Below the pieces are notes generated by a model. That model did no database searches, was not told where the DNA came from, and worked only from the letters and a program-made list of their open reading frames with translations. 64,000 nt of DNA from Phoronis australis (taxonomy: Eukaryota > Animalia > Phoronida): NCBI GenBank assembly GCA_002633005.1, contig NMRA01000165.1, positions 529,958 to 593,957 of the forward strand. The letters run 5' to 3'. Positions 27,630-39,135 of this stretch are shown here, in pieces. The translations under genes were made by a program, and so were the position numbers. The stretch's first letter is position 1, and each line of letters starts with the position of its first letter.

Positions 27630-28158
27630 ATTACCACATCCTTCGATACATTTTGGCAATAATACACAGGAATACAATACAACATACAACAAAGCTTAAA
27701 TATCTAAGTGATGGAGGTACAAACTAGAATTGTTGTCTGCTTTTGCTGTACAGAGCAGAGAAGTCAGTAAGCCTCTCTGATGCTTTCATCTTACTTTTCG
27801 TCAAAAATAACTTTTGCTAATATAAGCCACTTTCCGATAGAAAACCGATCTCAACTTGTTCCTTTTTCGGATTAGGCGTGCTTCCTGGTCTTATGAAGTA
27901 CAGATAATTCGTTTGTGCCTGACGTCATGCCTACTTGACCTATGAAATGACCACCCGGGTCAAGTCAACTTCAGTGGAGACTGGTCTTGAGCAATGACAA
28001 ACTGTCAGCTTTATGTGGTAGAATTTGAGCAAGGCACAAATTGAGACTTGTGTTATGCTATAAAAATATCTACTTTCTTTTGACGGGAGGAGGGTTTATA
28101 ACGTATTTAAGTAACCATGACGCACAAGAACCAAAACTTTGTATTTCTTTATTTTCAG

Positions 28159-28626
28159 TCAGTCGAGGACAACATGAAGACAGAGTGTAAATGTCATGGG
28201 GTGTCCGGATCGTGTGAGCTCCAAACGTGCTGGCGCGCCATGCCTTCCTTTCGAAGAGTTGGTGACATTGTGAAGGAAAAGTTCGACGGTGCCACCGAGG
28301 TTGTTCAGACGCGCATAGGTACGCGAAAACAGCTGATGCCCTTGAACAAACAATTCAAGCCGCATACGAATACTGACTTAGTTTACTTGACTGCATCACC
28401 TGACTTCTGTGAGCCCGACCCTAAGATCGGCTCTTTAGGGACGCAGGGACGCCTGTGCAATAAATCGTCGAAGGCGATAGATGGGTGTGAGTTGTTGTGC
28501 TGTGGCCGGGGCTACAGGTCGGTGCGGAGGAGGGTGGTAGAGAGATGCTTCTGTAAATTCCATTGGTGTTGTTATGTCAAATGTAAAGAGTGCGAAAAAA
28601 TGGTGGATGAGCACTACTGCCTATGA
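28159..28626 (+). CDS. Wnt4: Wnt4 coding exon 4 (last); spliced CDS 1062 nt = 353 aa
   Basis: [10 protein letters not shown] (palmitoleoylation Ser motif), [26 protein letters not shown] and [15 protein letters not shown] are Wnt4-like. Acceptor tttcag|TCA; TGA stop at 28624-28626. Confidence 0.96.
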   Translation, partial: SVEDNMKTECKCHGVSGSCELQTCWRAMPSFRRVGDIVKEKFDGATEVVQTRIGTRKQLMPLNKQFKPHTNTDLVYLTASPDFCEPDPKIGSLGTQGRLCNKSSKAIDGCELLCCGRGYRSVRRRVVERCFCKFHWCCYVKCKECEKMVDEHYCL

Positions 28627-31600
28627 AAGTAAGATGGCGGAAGTCTTGGGTGAAACACGGTGCAAGTGGTGGTTCAGTGAATGATGACAGCTACGTGACG
28701 AGTCATTTTCAGAAATACACGGCTTGAGTATGCTCCGTGGCTACGTGCAAAGTCAATTTTAAGTATCGCTCAGATGAATTCGTTGTCCAAGACTGTGATG
28801 TTCGATAGTGTTGTACACTGGAGCAATGGTATTTATCAAATCAGCGTTAGCTAACGATCTTTGAGGGATATTTGACTGTGTGACTGTGGTACATGTTGCA
28901 TCTTTCGCAGAGTTAACGTTAGCACGAGACTCCGTTCTGTGTTTTTCGCAAGTTTGGTGAGAATGCGCAAATTAACGCGAGTGAAATGCAGATCTTAGAC
29001 AGAAACACCAGCGAGATTGCCGCCACTGAAATGATTGGACGACTTGGCTGAAATGTTGAATTAGGAAATGAATTTCACTGTTTGAGTTGCATAAGACAAG
29101 ATTCTTCGCTGCGAGTGTCTAACTTAACGGAACACGCCCAATTCGGCTATGGGAAACAACGGTGCAAGCCACCTGGAGTTCGAAAGAACAAAGCAAGTTG
29201 GCAATTTTCTTGCAGTTTTGATCATATATGACAGGCACTAAGAACCAAAACTTAACTAAAAGCTCGGCGTGTCGCCAAAACATGAGTGCATGAATGGGAT
29301 ATTGAAAAAGCTAGAAACGAAGTCAGTTTTGAGCATGTTAGGTTGTAAATATACTAAGTTATTGTATGTATTGTATAGTATCAAGCGAAGTGTGTTTAAA
29401 TGTACACGTTCACAAGACAAAATTTGTAAATAGTATTTATGATGTCTGTCCCAAATATGCATTGTTGTACCTATCAGAGATTATATACGTAAGCCTTTTA
29501 TAATAGAGTTTCTGCTCTACATTTCTTGACTGTTAAAATCTTGAAATCCGCAAGTCTAACTCGCAGTTTCTATGCAAATAGATTAATTTTACATTTGGTT
29601 TCACCGTTTCTGCGCGCATACGAGATAAACATCACGTCATAGGCGCAATAGAAAACTCTGAAAAGCTTTAATTAAAAGGCAGATCAAAACAAAATTCTGA
29701 TTTAGGTATGTGGTATGTAATCTCTGTCTATTTTGTAAGGGTTGAATACATCACTTCCTTTACTTGTTGACATAGTTTCTTGTTATGCTTTTGTTGCAAC
29801 AACCAGTGTCACCTTTACTGCAATTTCGTTATCTGAAACGTGTAAATATCAAGCTCGCCGAATTCTCTCGCTGCGCCGCAGTTACTCTTTGTTGGTTGAA
29901 CTCCACAACACGATGTGGTATTGACCAGAAAACCCCTCGCACAAAATATTATAAGAGCTCGCCATTCACGACTTACATCATATACTCAAACAGAATATTC
30001 TAAGACAGCACAAACGCACATTTGATGATGGCGTACATGTATTCAGAATGATTAAAGTTGTTACGAGCCTGTAAAAACTTAGGTTGACTATCGTTTGCCA
30101 TCGCTCAATTTGTTCAGCAGTATAGATTTAGGGTCTTGGGGAGAACAGGGCTTGGAGTTTTCCTCTTTTAAGGGATTTCCTCTTTTGTGTTTCGATTTCC
30201 ACATATTCGATTTCCAGTTTCCTATTCTTTCGTCTCTTGTTTATCATTGTTTTGACTTTATTCATGCAAAGACGTTATTTCTATCACTGATTGGCTCAGC
30301 AAGTTGCCTTGACACGGCAGGTCATATTATGTGCCGAGCATGGTGTCCAGTAATAAGCTGCTCCCTGTCAGCGATGTTACTGTAAAAAATCTTGTTTAAT
30401 GGTCAGTTTTACCAAAGCAAATCTTTGAGGTTCTCGCATCACGCCATAAGTTTTGATGATTTTATTTTTCCGGTATCAAGTTTTCAACGATCTGGGGGAA
30501 AATTTGAACAAGGATTGTACGAACGAAACTGTACCTGATCAGTGGGTAACGATACCATTGGACGCGGTTGCAAGTGGTGTGAACGTGTAATTCCCGAGAT
30601 AACTTGTTTTCTTTTCTCTGGTGTTGCAGGCAGAAGTGGTGTGTTCTTAATTATGTCTTTATTGCAAACACTTGCTCTCCACCGCTGAAAAAAACGATCG
30701 AGAGACATTTCTTGCAGTCATTTATTTCAGGCCAGTATCTCAATGAAAAAAGAACAAAAACATCCCCTTAATTATACTTCAAATTAAAAAATGGAAAAAC
30801 AATATTAAACACAACAAACATTTAACGCCTGATTATATTTTTTCAGTTCGGGTTCAAAAATCTCTCTCAAGACGGCCGCATGTTTCCGTCAAAAATCAAA
30901 ACTCAAACGACAAGAACTGAGTTGCAAATACATAAAGAAATGTTCACCAGGAAGTAAAAAATACCGGCGAATACTTCGTTCCCATAATCTACACTCCGGT
31001 CTCCAGCTTATTCAAGTACGGTAATCTTGATCGCCATGACAACGTTTGCAAATTCTTTGATGTTAACATTTTTTTCTCGACCTGAGAAAAATCAGGTATT
31101 CATTTACTGATGAGGCAAATCTAATTTTGCCGCATAGTTTTGAAGAATGCAACAACTTTTCCCATTACGATCAGTCTAGTGTTCAAGGTAATGAAATATT
31201 CCTTTTTGCCTATTTTTTCACTGCACATCAAAAGAAGTAGAGAACAAAGAGATTAGATTTTCAGGTATGCGACTGTACATGTGTAGTCCCAAAACTAACA
31301 TTTTATGTCAAAGGGAATCTCATTTCTACATTTTTATCGACATCGAGCGTTTACCCGATCATCAATTTCTCCTAGTGTATGTACATGTATCTTTCTTCCT
31401 AGGCTGTTGCAGCCAAATACCATATCCATTTAGTGGCGGTTCTCAAATTTTGACGACAGTACTGGAGACGTGATCTGTTCGGACCTTTTGCACCCCCCCC
31501 CCCCGCCTCGTATAAAATAACTCAGCCTTTTCCGGTCTATGTATCAGTGTATTTTGCCGTTTCTGAGTATCCTAGAAAAGACTTTGCAACACTACCACCT

Positions 31601-33952
31601 TAGAACATCCAAGTTGATTTGCTTTTGTACACTCTGAGGTATAGAAAACCTATTACAAATTCGTGGAGTTATTGTTTAGTAAATACAGGAAGTGAACACA
31701 AATGATACTTTACACGGAACCTACAGTTCTATAAGGCTATCTTCAAAAGAAATTTATTCTTTTCTGATTCGAAAAATGCTCAGACATTTTTCTTTCTTAA
31801 CCACATTTGATAAAAAAGTTGGCTACGGTAAACCACAAAGATACGTAATGGCCTTTCTGTTTTATTGTTTATTTGTACATTACACATTCCAATTGACAAG
31901 TGTGGGCGGGAACATTATTATCACACATCCATTACACATATTACACATTTAACGAGATAACTGTAATGGAAACGGGAGTCTCGCTCTGCGGCATGTACAA
32001 CGACAAGAGGGTTGTCAGATTTACGGACTTGATCAAAACGGCGATGGTATATCGTTTTAGGACTAACGCGAACCTTTGTTATTCGGTCATTGAGGTCGCA
32101 CCTCCCTCCCCCGTTTGCCTTCTCTTAAGCCTGAAGAGACGCAATAGTTCCACACGTACTATTCTCGATGGAGTTTCAAGCACCAGCGCCATCTATTGCT
32201 AGAACACGACGGTTACAAATCACACCGACAGTCAGCAACGCAGCAAAAATCGTTGTATTCGCTGTTGAATATCTGTATTACGGGATCGACGCACGACATT
32301 AATATACACAGCAAGCCGCCTAATCATACTGGGATTTTTTTTTAGATATGCAGTGGTCTCGTAATTTTTTACCAGTTTCTTCTTCCGTTCTAACAAGGTT
32401 GCTTTGGCAACATAAAACATAGGGCCAGCGTCCATTTTTATGTAATAAGTTACTGTTACAGTCTCCCACATTTACCCCACACCAGAGCAGTTAGGGGTTT
32501 CTTATTTCACCTCAATACATATTTACAAAACTCCTTACGTACATTTTCGATCGACTTACAGACCATAATTCACACTATACTTCCGCACTATACGACAACA
32601 CAGGTAATATCAATGTGTCAGGGTATATATAGTAGTAATAACAAGTGAGGAAACAAAACAACAAATCGTATTACATTACAGGAATGTAAAATTTATCGCA
32701 GATACATGAAATATGACGGATAAATGAAATATTACAATTTTGTTGGACACTGAAAAATGAGAACGAGTCAAAAGAACGTGAGTGTCTGGATGTAAGAATA
32801 AGTGAATGAAAATCTATACCGTGATAGGATTCTATTTCCGTTACCAACAAGAACTTTGAAACTAATGAGCGACTCGAGAAAACTCTTCAGAGATCACAAT
32901 TGTGGTTGGCCAATCTTAAAATTGCGTGTCGAAAATGGCACATGTACGCAGTTGCCTGTGGCTTGAGTTGATAACGGGAATGGAATCCTACCACGGTAAG
33001 GAATATTATGGAACTGATTTCATGAAAGTATAAGGCCGAATTTGATTTTCGTTTTTAGCCAGCTAAACAGGACGAAATGAAACAATAAGCCAACTCATTT
33101 ACCGTCTGTCTAGAAATATGGTTTCGTAATTAGTACCCACCAACATAAGACCCAAGGACCAAAAAAGCCCCCATTAGTGCTCTTTCAGGATTGTTTTGCA
33201 TTTCTTGATGAGGACAAAGGTATGTAAAATGTAGCAAAATGTTATAATTCTCTCAATTTTGATCATTTAAAGGTCCTTTAAAATATTTGAAGTTTACCAA
33301 TGAGTTCAGTTGTCAAGGAAGGCCGGTCGTTACTGGACTTCTCATATAGTAACCTGTCAATAAAGGGAAAGCTGGTTGGTCAACCAAAGTTAACATCTCG
33401 GTAGAAAAACAACTCATTCGCCACTACGTACCACTGAGTTCAACTTTCTAATAATTAATATATGTCACTTACGTACTACTTACAGCACTCTTAACTGAAG
33501 CCCACAGATAAATGAGGGGTAACAGGCCAGTAGCTAGCATTGCACAGGGGATGGTTCGAATTTCTAGTACGGTGGATCTTTGATATTTTGCAAACATCGG
33601 CACTGTATTGTTTTGGGTAAGGCCCTTGACGCAGCTTAACTAGGAGGGAGGGAAATCTGTAAACACAACGACGACTCTCAGCATATGTTCCCAAGATCAG
33701 ACGGAATTCGTCATACTACAAATGAGGATGTCCTGACGGTTGCTCACAAAGAACGGGCCGGGGGTGGTCCAGAAAGAGAATGTTCCCGCGTTACCCCCTG
33801 CCAAACCGGGCGTGCTTAAATGAGCGATTACACCTCATTACTTACTTGGACGAAAATACTTAATCTGAAAATGATCGACTTGAATATTTTGATCTGGTTG
33901 TATTTTGCGTGTTACTTAACTTGGCTTACATCGCTGGAAATGGGAACAGCCC

Positions 33953-34755
33953 AGTATTCCAAAGGTTCACTGCTCTGGAGGTTCACTATTCCGAAAGTTC
34001 ACTACTCCGAAAAGGTCTAAAATTTCGGGCTTGGGTGTGTCAAATATCCCTTTTTACCAGCAAAAATAAACGACACTTCGGTTATTAGATGCACTAGGTG
34101 GTGTACATATGTTCAAACAACGTCCGGATTTTATGCGCATGCGACATTGCCCGCATGTCTTTCTAACAGAGATAATGAGTAGGCCTACGTATTTTTAAAA
34201 GATTATGAAGTAGGAATACTGATGAATTATCAACCACTATACATTCATCAAATCCATGCAAGGTCGCATCATTTCACAGCGTGACTGAGCTAGTTTAGGG
34301 CTGCTGCCCCTCAAAGTCACCCATCGGAACGACGCGAATGGCCGGGTCGAAACTAAATGTAGTTAGTAGCCTACCCTGTCCCTGCCAGTCTTCACGCCGC
34401 TATTGATCGCTGAAGTCCTGACCCGATGTTCCCTGCTTGAGGCTGAATGAGTCGTTAGTTAGATTGAAGATTCACGATTGGCAGTGATTGGAACTGAGCT
34501 CATGTAAACAATGTAATCAATGTTTTTTAAAAGGGTTTACAAAAGTTGAATAGTTCTCTTGTACACCCTTTAATTAGTAACTAAATGTGCACAAATACAA
34601 TACTTTTCTCACATGTAAGTTCCTACTCGTAGACAATCTGTCGAAGTTCTGGTTTGGGAATTATGGAGATTCGAAGTATTCACTTTCGAAGGTAGCGAAC
34701 CTTCGCAGTAACTTCGGAGTAGTGAACTCAATAGTAGTGAACCTTCAGAATATTG
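33953..34755. repeat. Inverted pair of ~17-bp tandem subrepeat blocks (foldback-type element remnant)
   Basis: (CCGAAGGTTCACTA(C/T)T)n-like units lie at 33953-34015, and their reverse complement (AGTAGTGAACCTTC) at ~34690-34755. Confidence 0.5.
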
Positions 34756-34953
34756 ACATATAACCTTGGAAATCTTTTCCATCAAGTTTGTTGCTCGCCT
34801 TATGACGCCTGTGAGGCTCTGCGCCATTGGCACTGATTGACAAGAGAAGACTTTCTTTATTGACTAAAGTTTTTACTAGGTCTAGACCTACTTTGCCCTA
34901 ATAATGTGAACATGCTCGTCGGGGATTTCTTAGTGCATGAAAATACAATAGTT

Positions 34954-35059
34954 CATGGGCGGTGCAGCACACTGCCGGAAAAAGTGGGGACCGTCTATAC
35001 CCCCCCCCCCCCCCCCCCCCCCCCCCNCCCCCCCAGCCCCCTATGGTGCGCCGCCCTTG
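34954..35059. mobile_element. MITE, CATGGGCGG family, 5-bp TSD (TAGTT)
   Basis: tagtt-CATGGGCGGTGCA...TGCGCCGCCCTTG-tagtt, with an internal poly-C. Confidence 0.8.
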
Positions 35060-35936
35060 TAGTTAAATGTCTGAATTTAGGGGAAAACGGAGGACTGCCT
35101 GTAGTGAACTTCATCATCGGCGTGCAGTCTACCGAATTTAAAAGACATGCCGGAAACGCACACACGTGAGTACACGCATGTATGTCATCCACCAATCCAC
35201 TACCAAAGTGGAAATTTGAAAATGTTTGCTCTTTAATATACCGTACTCTGCCACTATCAAAATAGCAGATAAAACTACTTTCTGCTATTTTGTTTCTTGG
35301 TCGATTTTAAGGCGTTCACACAGCACTAGTTTTTTGAGAGTTCTCTCGCTGCTAGTGATATAGCCTAGCACAGACAAGACTTCCGCCTCAGTGTTACCCT
35401 AATGTTGTAGCCACCACGCGCGTTCAGTGCCGACGAATAACATAAAGCCTCCTCAAATCGTCGGTCTGCACGATCCTATCATCAAGCACCATTCGGGCGA
35501 AGTTGACGGACACGGCCCGATGACTCTTGTATTACGTGAACTAAATTCCGAAGGTGAGTTAGTCACGTACTAATAGCTGCAACAATTTTGTTGCTGTTGT
35601 CCATCTAAATCCCATCTTTAACGAATAGGCCGGGGCTGGACCTTTTCCACGGTTATTAGATGCACTAGGTGGTGTACATATGTTCAAACAACGTCCGGAT
35701 TTTATGCGCATGCGACATTGCCCGCATGTCTTTCTAACAGAGATAATGAGTAGGCCTACGTATTTTTAAAAGATTATGAAGTAGGAATACTGATGAATTA
35801 TCAACCACTATACATTCATCAAATCCATGCAAGGTCGCATCATTTCACAGCGTGACTGAGCTAGTTTAGGGCTGCTGCCCCTCAAAGTCACCCATCGGAA
35901 CGACGCGAATGGCCGGGTCGAAACTAAATGTAGTTA

Positions 35937-36128
35937 NNNNNNNNNNNNNNNNNNNNNNNNNNNNNNNNNNNNNNNNNNNNNNNNNNNNNNNNNNNNNNNN
36001 NNNNNNNNNNNNNNNNNNNNNNNNNNNNNNNNNNNNNNNNNNNNNNNNNNNNNNNNNNNNNNNNNNNNNNNNNNNNNNNNNNNNNNNNNNNNNNNNNNNN
36101 NNNNNNNNNNNNNNNNNNNNNNNNNNNN
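35937..36128. other. Assembly gap (192 N)
   Basis: Run of N. Confidence 1.
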
Positions 36129-37129
36129 CCCCCCCCTCTGGCTACGGCCATGGGTAAGTTAAACAAGTTCCAAAAGAGCTGTGAATTCCCGCTCGCCGGG
36201 CTGTAATCCTTCCGGGACCGGCAGTTTCCGAAATCCATCCCCCAGTGCGTTAAAAATGACTACATTTGATCGAATAATTACAGATCTATCATGTATAATA
36301 AGTGTCAGAATGTTTGACACCGGGAGCCCAAAGGCGCTTTCCTGTAGTCCGTTAGCCACTCTTGTGAACGTAAAATGACCTGATGTCTAGCCTTGATCTT
36401 GGGAATGTATACCGACCTAAATGCTATCCCCCTTGGAGCCCCCAGGTCACGAAAAGTGTGTCGATCATTTTACCATACAATATAGGTCAGTTGTGTCGGG
36501 TTCACGTCTATTCTTATAATGTTCATATACCATACCAAATCAAAGCCTGTTAATAAATGCCTTGAAGTCAAAAGCAAGATAATGTGATTATCGACGTTAA
36601 GTTTTCTTTCACGTAGCTGACATGTCGAGAAAATGCCAAAACATGAAGTGTCCTAGTTTTAACCATATATAGGACACGGTATATTGGAAATATCGCAACT
36701 CGTAAACACACTCACGTGGTACAGGCTAGGCCATGAAGTGGTCAGTAAAAGTTTATGCATTATTGATTATGACCATTTGTAACAAATATACAACTTTTTA
36801 AACATAATATATTCATATATTTTACATCATAATTATTTTGATGTTATTTAAAAACAAATTTATGCGTAATTATCTATTAAATATATGTAATAGCAAGTAC
36901 TTTGAATTATTCTTTTGTTAGCTCTCAATCGGGAGCCAATGAAAACACATTTGTGCAGATTCCAGGGCCTCTCACTGCAGAAAGAAAACAAGGCACCAAA
37001 ACAACAAGCTGTTGCAAGTGCTTTTCGACGTGGTGTTTTTCACGTTTTGCAACACGCATAGCGCATAAGTGTTGTAGTTTGCTCTGAGCTCCCTAATGCT
37101 ACTGTGACGTGCCAAAGTATAGCGCTGAC

Positions 37130-37289
37130 ATGCCGCTAAAAAACCACAACAAAGGTAAAACTGAGTACGCGGATGGAGCCGGTGTTGGAGAAAGTAATGG
37201 AGACGAGAAACGAGAGCCTGACCTGATGCAGTGTTGCGTGCCAAAAGAATGCCTGAGAGGAGGGGAAAAGATCAGTTGCAAGGACCCAG
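37130..37289 (+). CDS. hdc: headcase/HECA homolog, first coding exon
   Basis: MPLKNHNKGK...MQCCVPKECLRGGEKISCKDP carries the 'CCVP..C' start of the headcase N-terminal Cys domain. Donor G|gtttgc is phase 1 and matches the next exon. Confidence 0.75.
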
Positions 37290-37996
37290 GTTTGCAGATT
37301 TATTTATCAATAGGCATTTTTTTTAATGAAATGCTTTGTGGTTATTACAGACGATTCGTGTTGTACTGTTAGTGATTGTTGCTTCCGTCTGGGCCATTCA
37401 GTGACCATAGATAGTCAGTGTGTCATGTTGAAAGTTTCAACGTGATAGTCACCGTGGTCTTTTTACACTAAATTGTCCCGAGAACACGAGCAAGAGAAAA
37501 TACACCCTGCTAACTTGTTCTAAGTTGTGCTTTTGTGTAATCAAATCTCTTACTTGGATTACCTGTTACCGGCTTTCTCCTTGCCATTTCAACTACAAAT
37601 ACCTTTCACTTAACTAAGTGACTTTGCAATCACGGTATTGACTATTGGCAGTATTCTTGTTTTACACTGTCTTTTCTTTGTAAAATTGTTGAGCTTCAGG
37701 CCATGTGAGTTCCAAAACTCAGAATGCTGCAGAAGTTGGCATACAATTATTTCAAAACAGCTATATATAAGTTCACCCATGTGCTTTTGTTGAATTTGGC
37801 TCAACTGCAAAGGCCAACCCTCAGCTGTTTGAGTTTACTGAATTAAAAATGCGAGGCTATTAACTCTGAACGATTACGCTGATATATTTACCCAGTGCTT
37901 ACTTTTAATTATGCTTTAGAACTTTTTTCTATGTTAATGTTTTGTGACAAAAATTTATTGATTCAGTTTTTTATTAGTTCACATTTGTGTTTGAAG

Positions 37997-39135
37997 GTAC
38001 AGCTGTCAAGGTGTTCTGTAACAATGAGGCATGTACAGAGAGCCAGTGGATGCACGCTGAGTGCTTTGACATGTGGGAGCAGTCTGTGCTGTCCTACCTT
38101 CGTTCTTGCGGAAGAGCACGGAGCTGGAGCGAAAAACAACGCCTACAAAACTTGTGGACAAAGAAAGGTTATGACCTGGCCTTCAAAGCATGTGACTGTA
38201 GATGTGGCAAGGGTCATATACGCAAAGATCTTAACTACGTGGCACCGCTGAGGTTTGAAGAAGTGCCAGAGAAGAAGCACAAAAGACACAAGAAGAAGAA
38301 TGACAAGCCAGTCGCAGTTGTGAGCCGGGGTCCTCCTGCACATGGGGGAGTCAATGAGAACAAGCCACCACTGCGTGTGCGCACCTGCAGTGTGTCCAGT
38401 ACCGGCTCCAGTCCGACCCGCTCAGACTGGGAGAGTCCATCATCAGCTGACACTCCACCAGTCACTCCTGAGACTCCAGTAGGCCTCTGCACTGACCGGT
38501 CAAAGTTCAACTTCATGTTGAAACTGCCGCAAAATTCTGCCAGCAGTATATTTCAGCGACGTACCAGTCTGTCTGGGTTCAACGTACTGCCTTTGCAGAA
38601 GCGCAACCCCTACCACATCAAGATGGAGGATGACAGTGGCTCAGACGACACACGTACCTTCATCCTGTCTATCCTGGGTATGTCAACAACAACCAGCATG
38701 CATTGCGTCCTCTGTGGAACCAACATGCCAATTTTCGACAACTACCCATTAATTGACGGCACATTTTTCCTCAGTCCTCTCCGCTACAACTCAAGTGTTC
38801 AAGCAAAGTATCATGGAAAGGCGCAGTACGTCAACGCTATATGCGTGTCCTGCTTGGAGGGAGGTCGCGACATCTGCTGCCGTAACTGTCGTAGCCGGTG
38901 GGATGGAAGCATGCTACAGCTAGGCGCAGTCTACTCCTACGACATCTTTGCTGCCATGCCATGTTGTCAGCGTCGGCTAACGTGCAAGAAGTGCAATCAT
39001 CTTTTGGCCAATAGGAACCAGGCTCGTTTTTTCTCAGAGTTCAGCCAGAGTATAAAATGTCCCAAGTGTAGAACGGAGGACTTTCACTTTGTCAGGCAGC
39101 TAAGCCAAATCTTTTACATCAAAGTGCCTATATAA
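37997..39135 (+). CDS. hdc: headcase/HECA homolog, second coding exon; spliced product about 432 aa
   Basis: VKVFCNNEAC...WMHAECFDMWEQSVL...GRARSWSEKQRLQNLWTKKGYDLAFKACDCRCGKGHIRKDL and the C-terminal NPYHIKMEDD...YPLIDGTFFLSP...YSYDIFAAMPCC..RLTCKKC are headcase motifs. Acceptor gaag|GT, phase 1. Confidence 0.93.

Noticed and set aside
31100-31140. CTGATGA followed by a GGCAAA/TTTGCC stem, resembling a hammerhead ribozyme
   Set aside because: The required GAAA after stem II is GCAT, and I found no convincing stems I/III.
34079-35936. Exact 287-bp duplication (34079-34365 = 35650-35936)
   Set aside because: The second copy runs directly into the N gap and looks identical, so it is most likely a scaffolding or haplotype artefact rather than LTRs or a real duplication.
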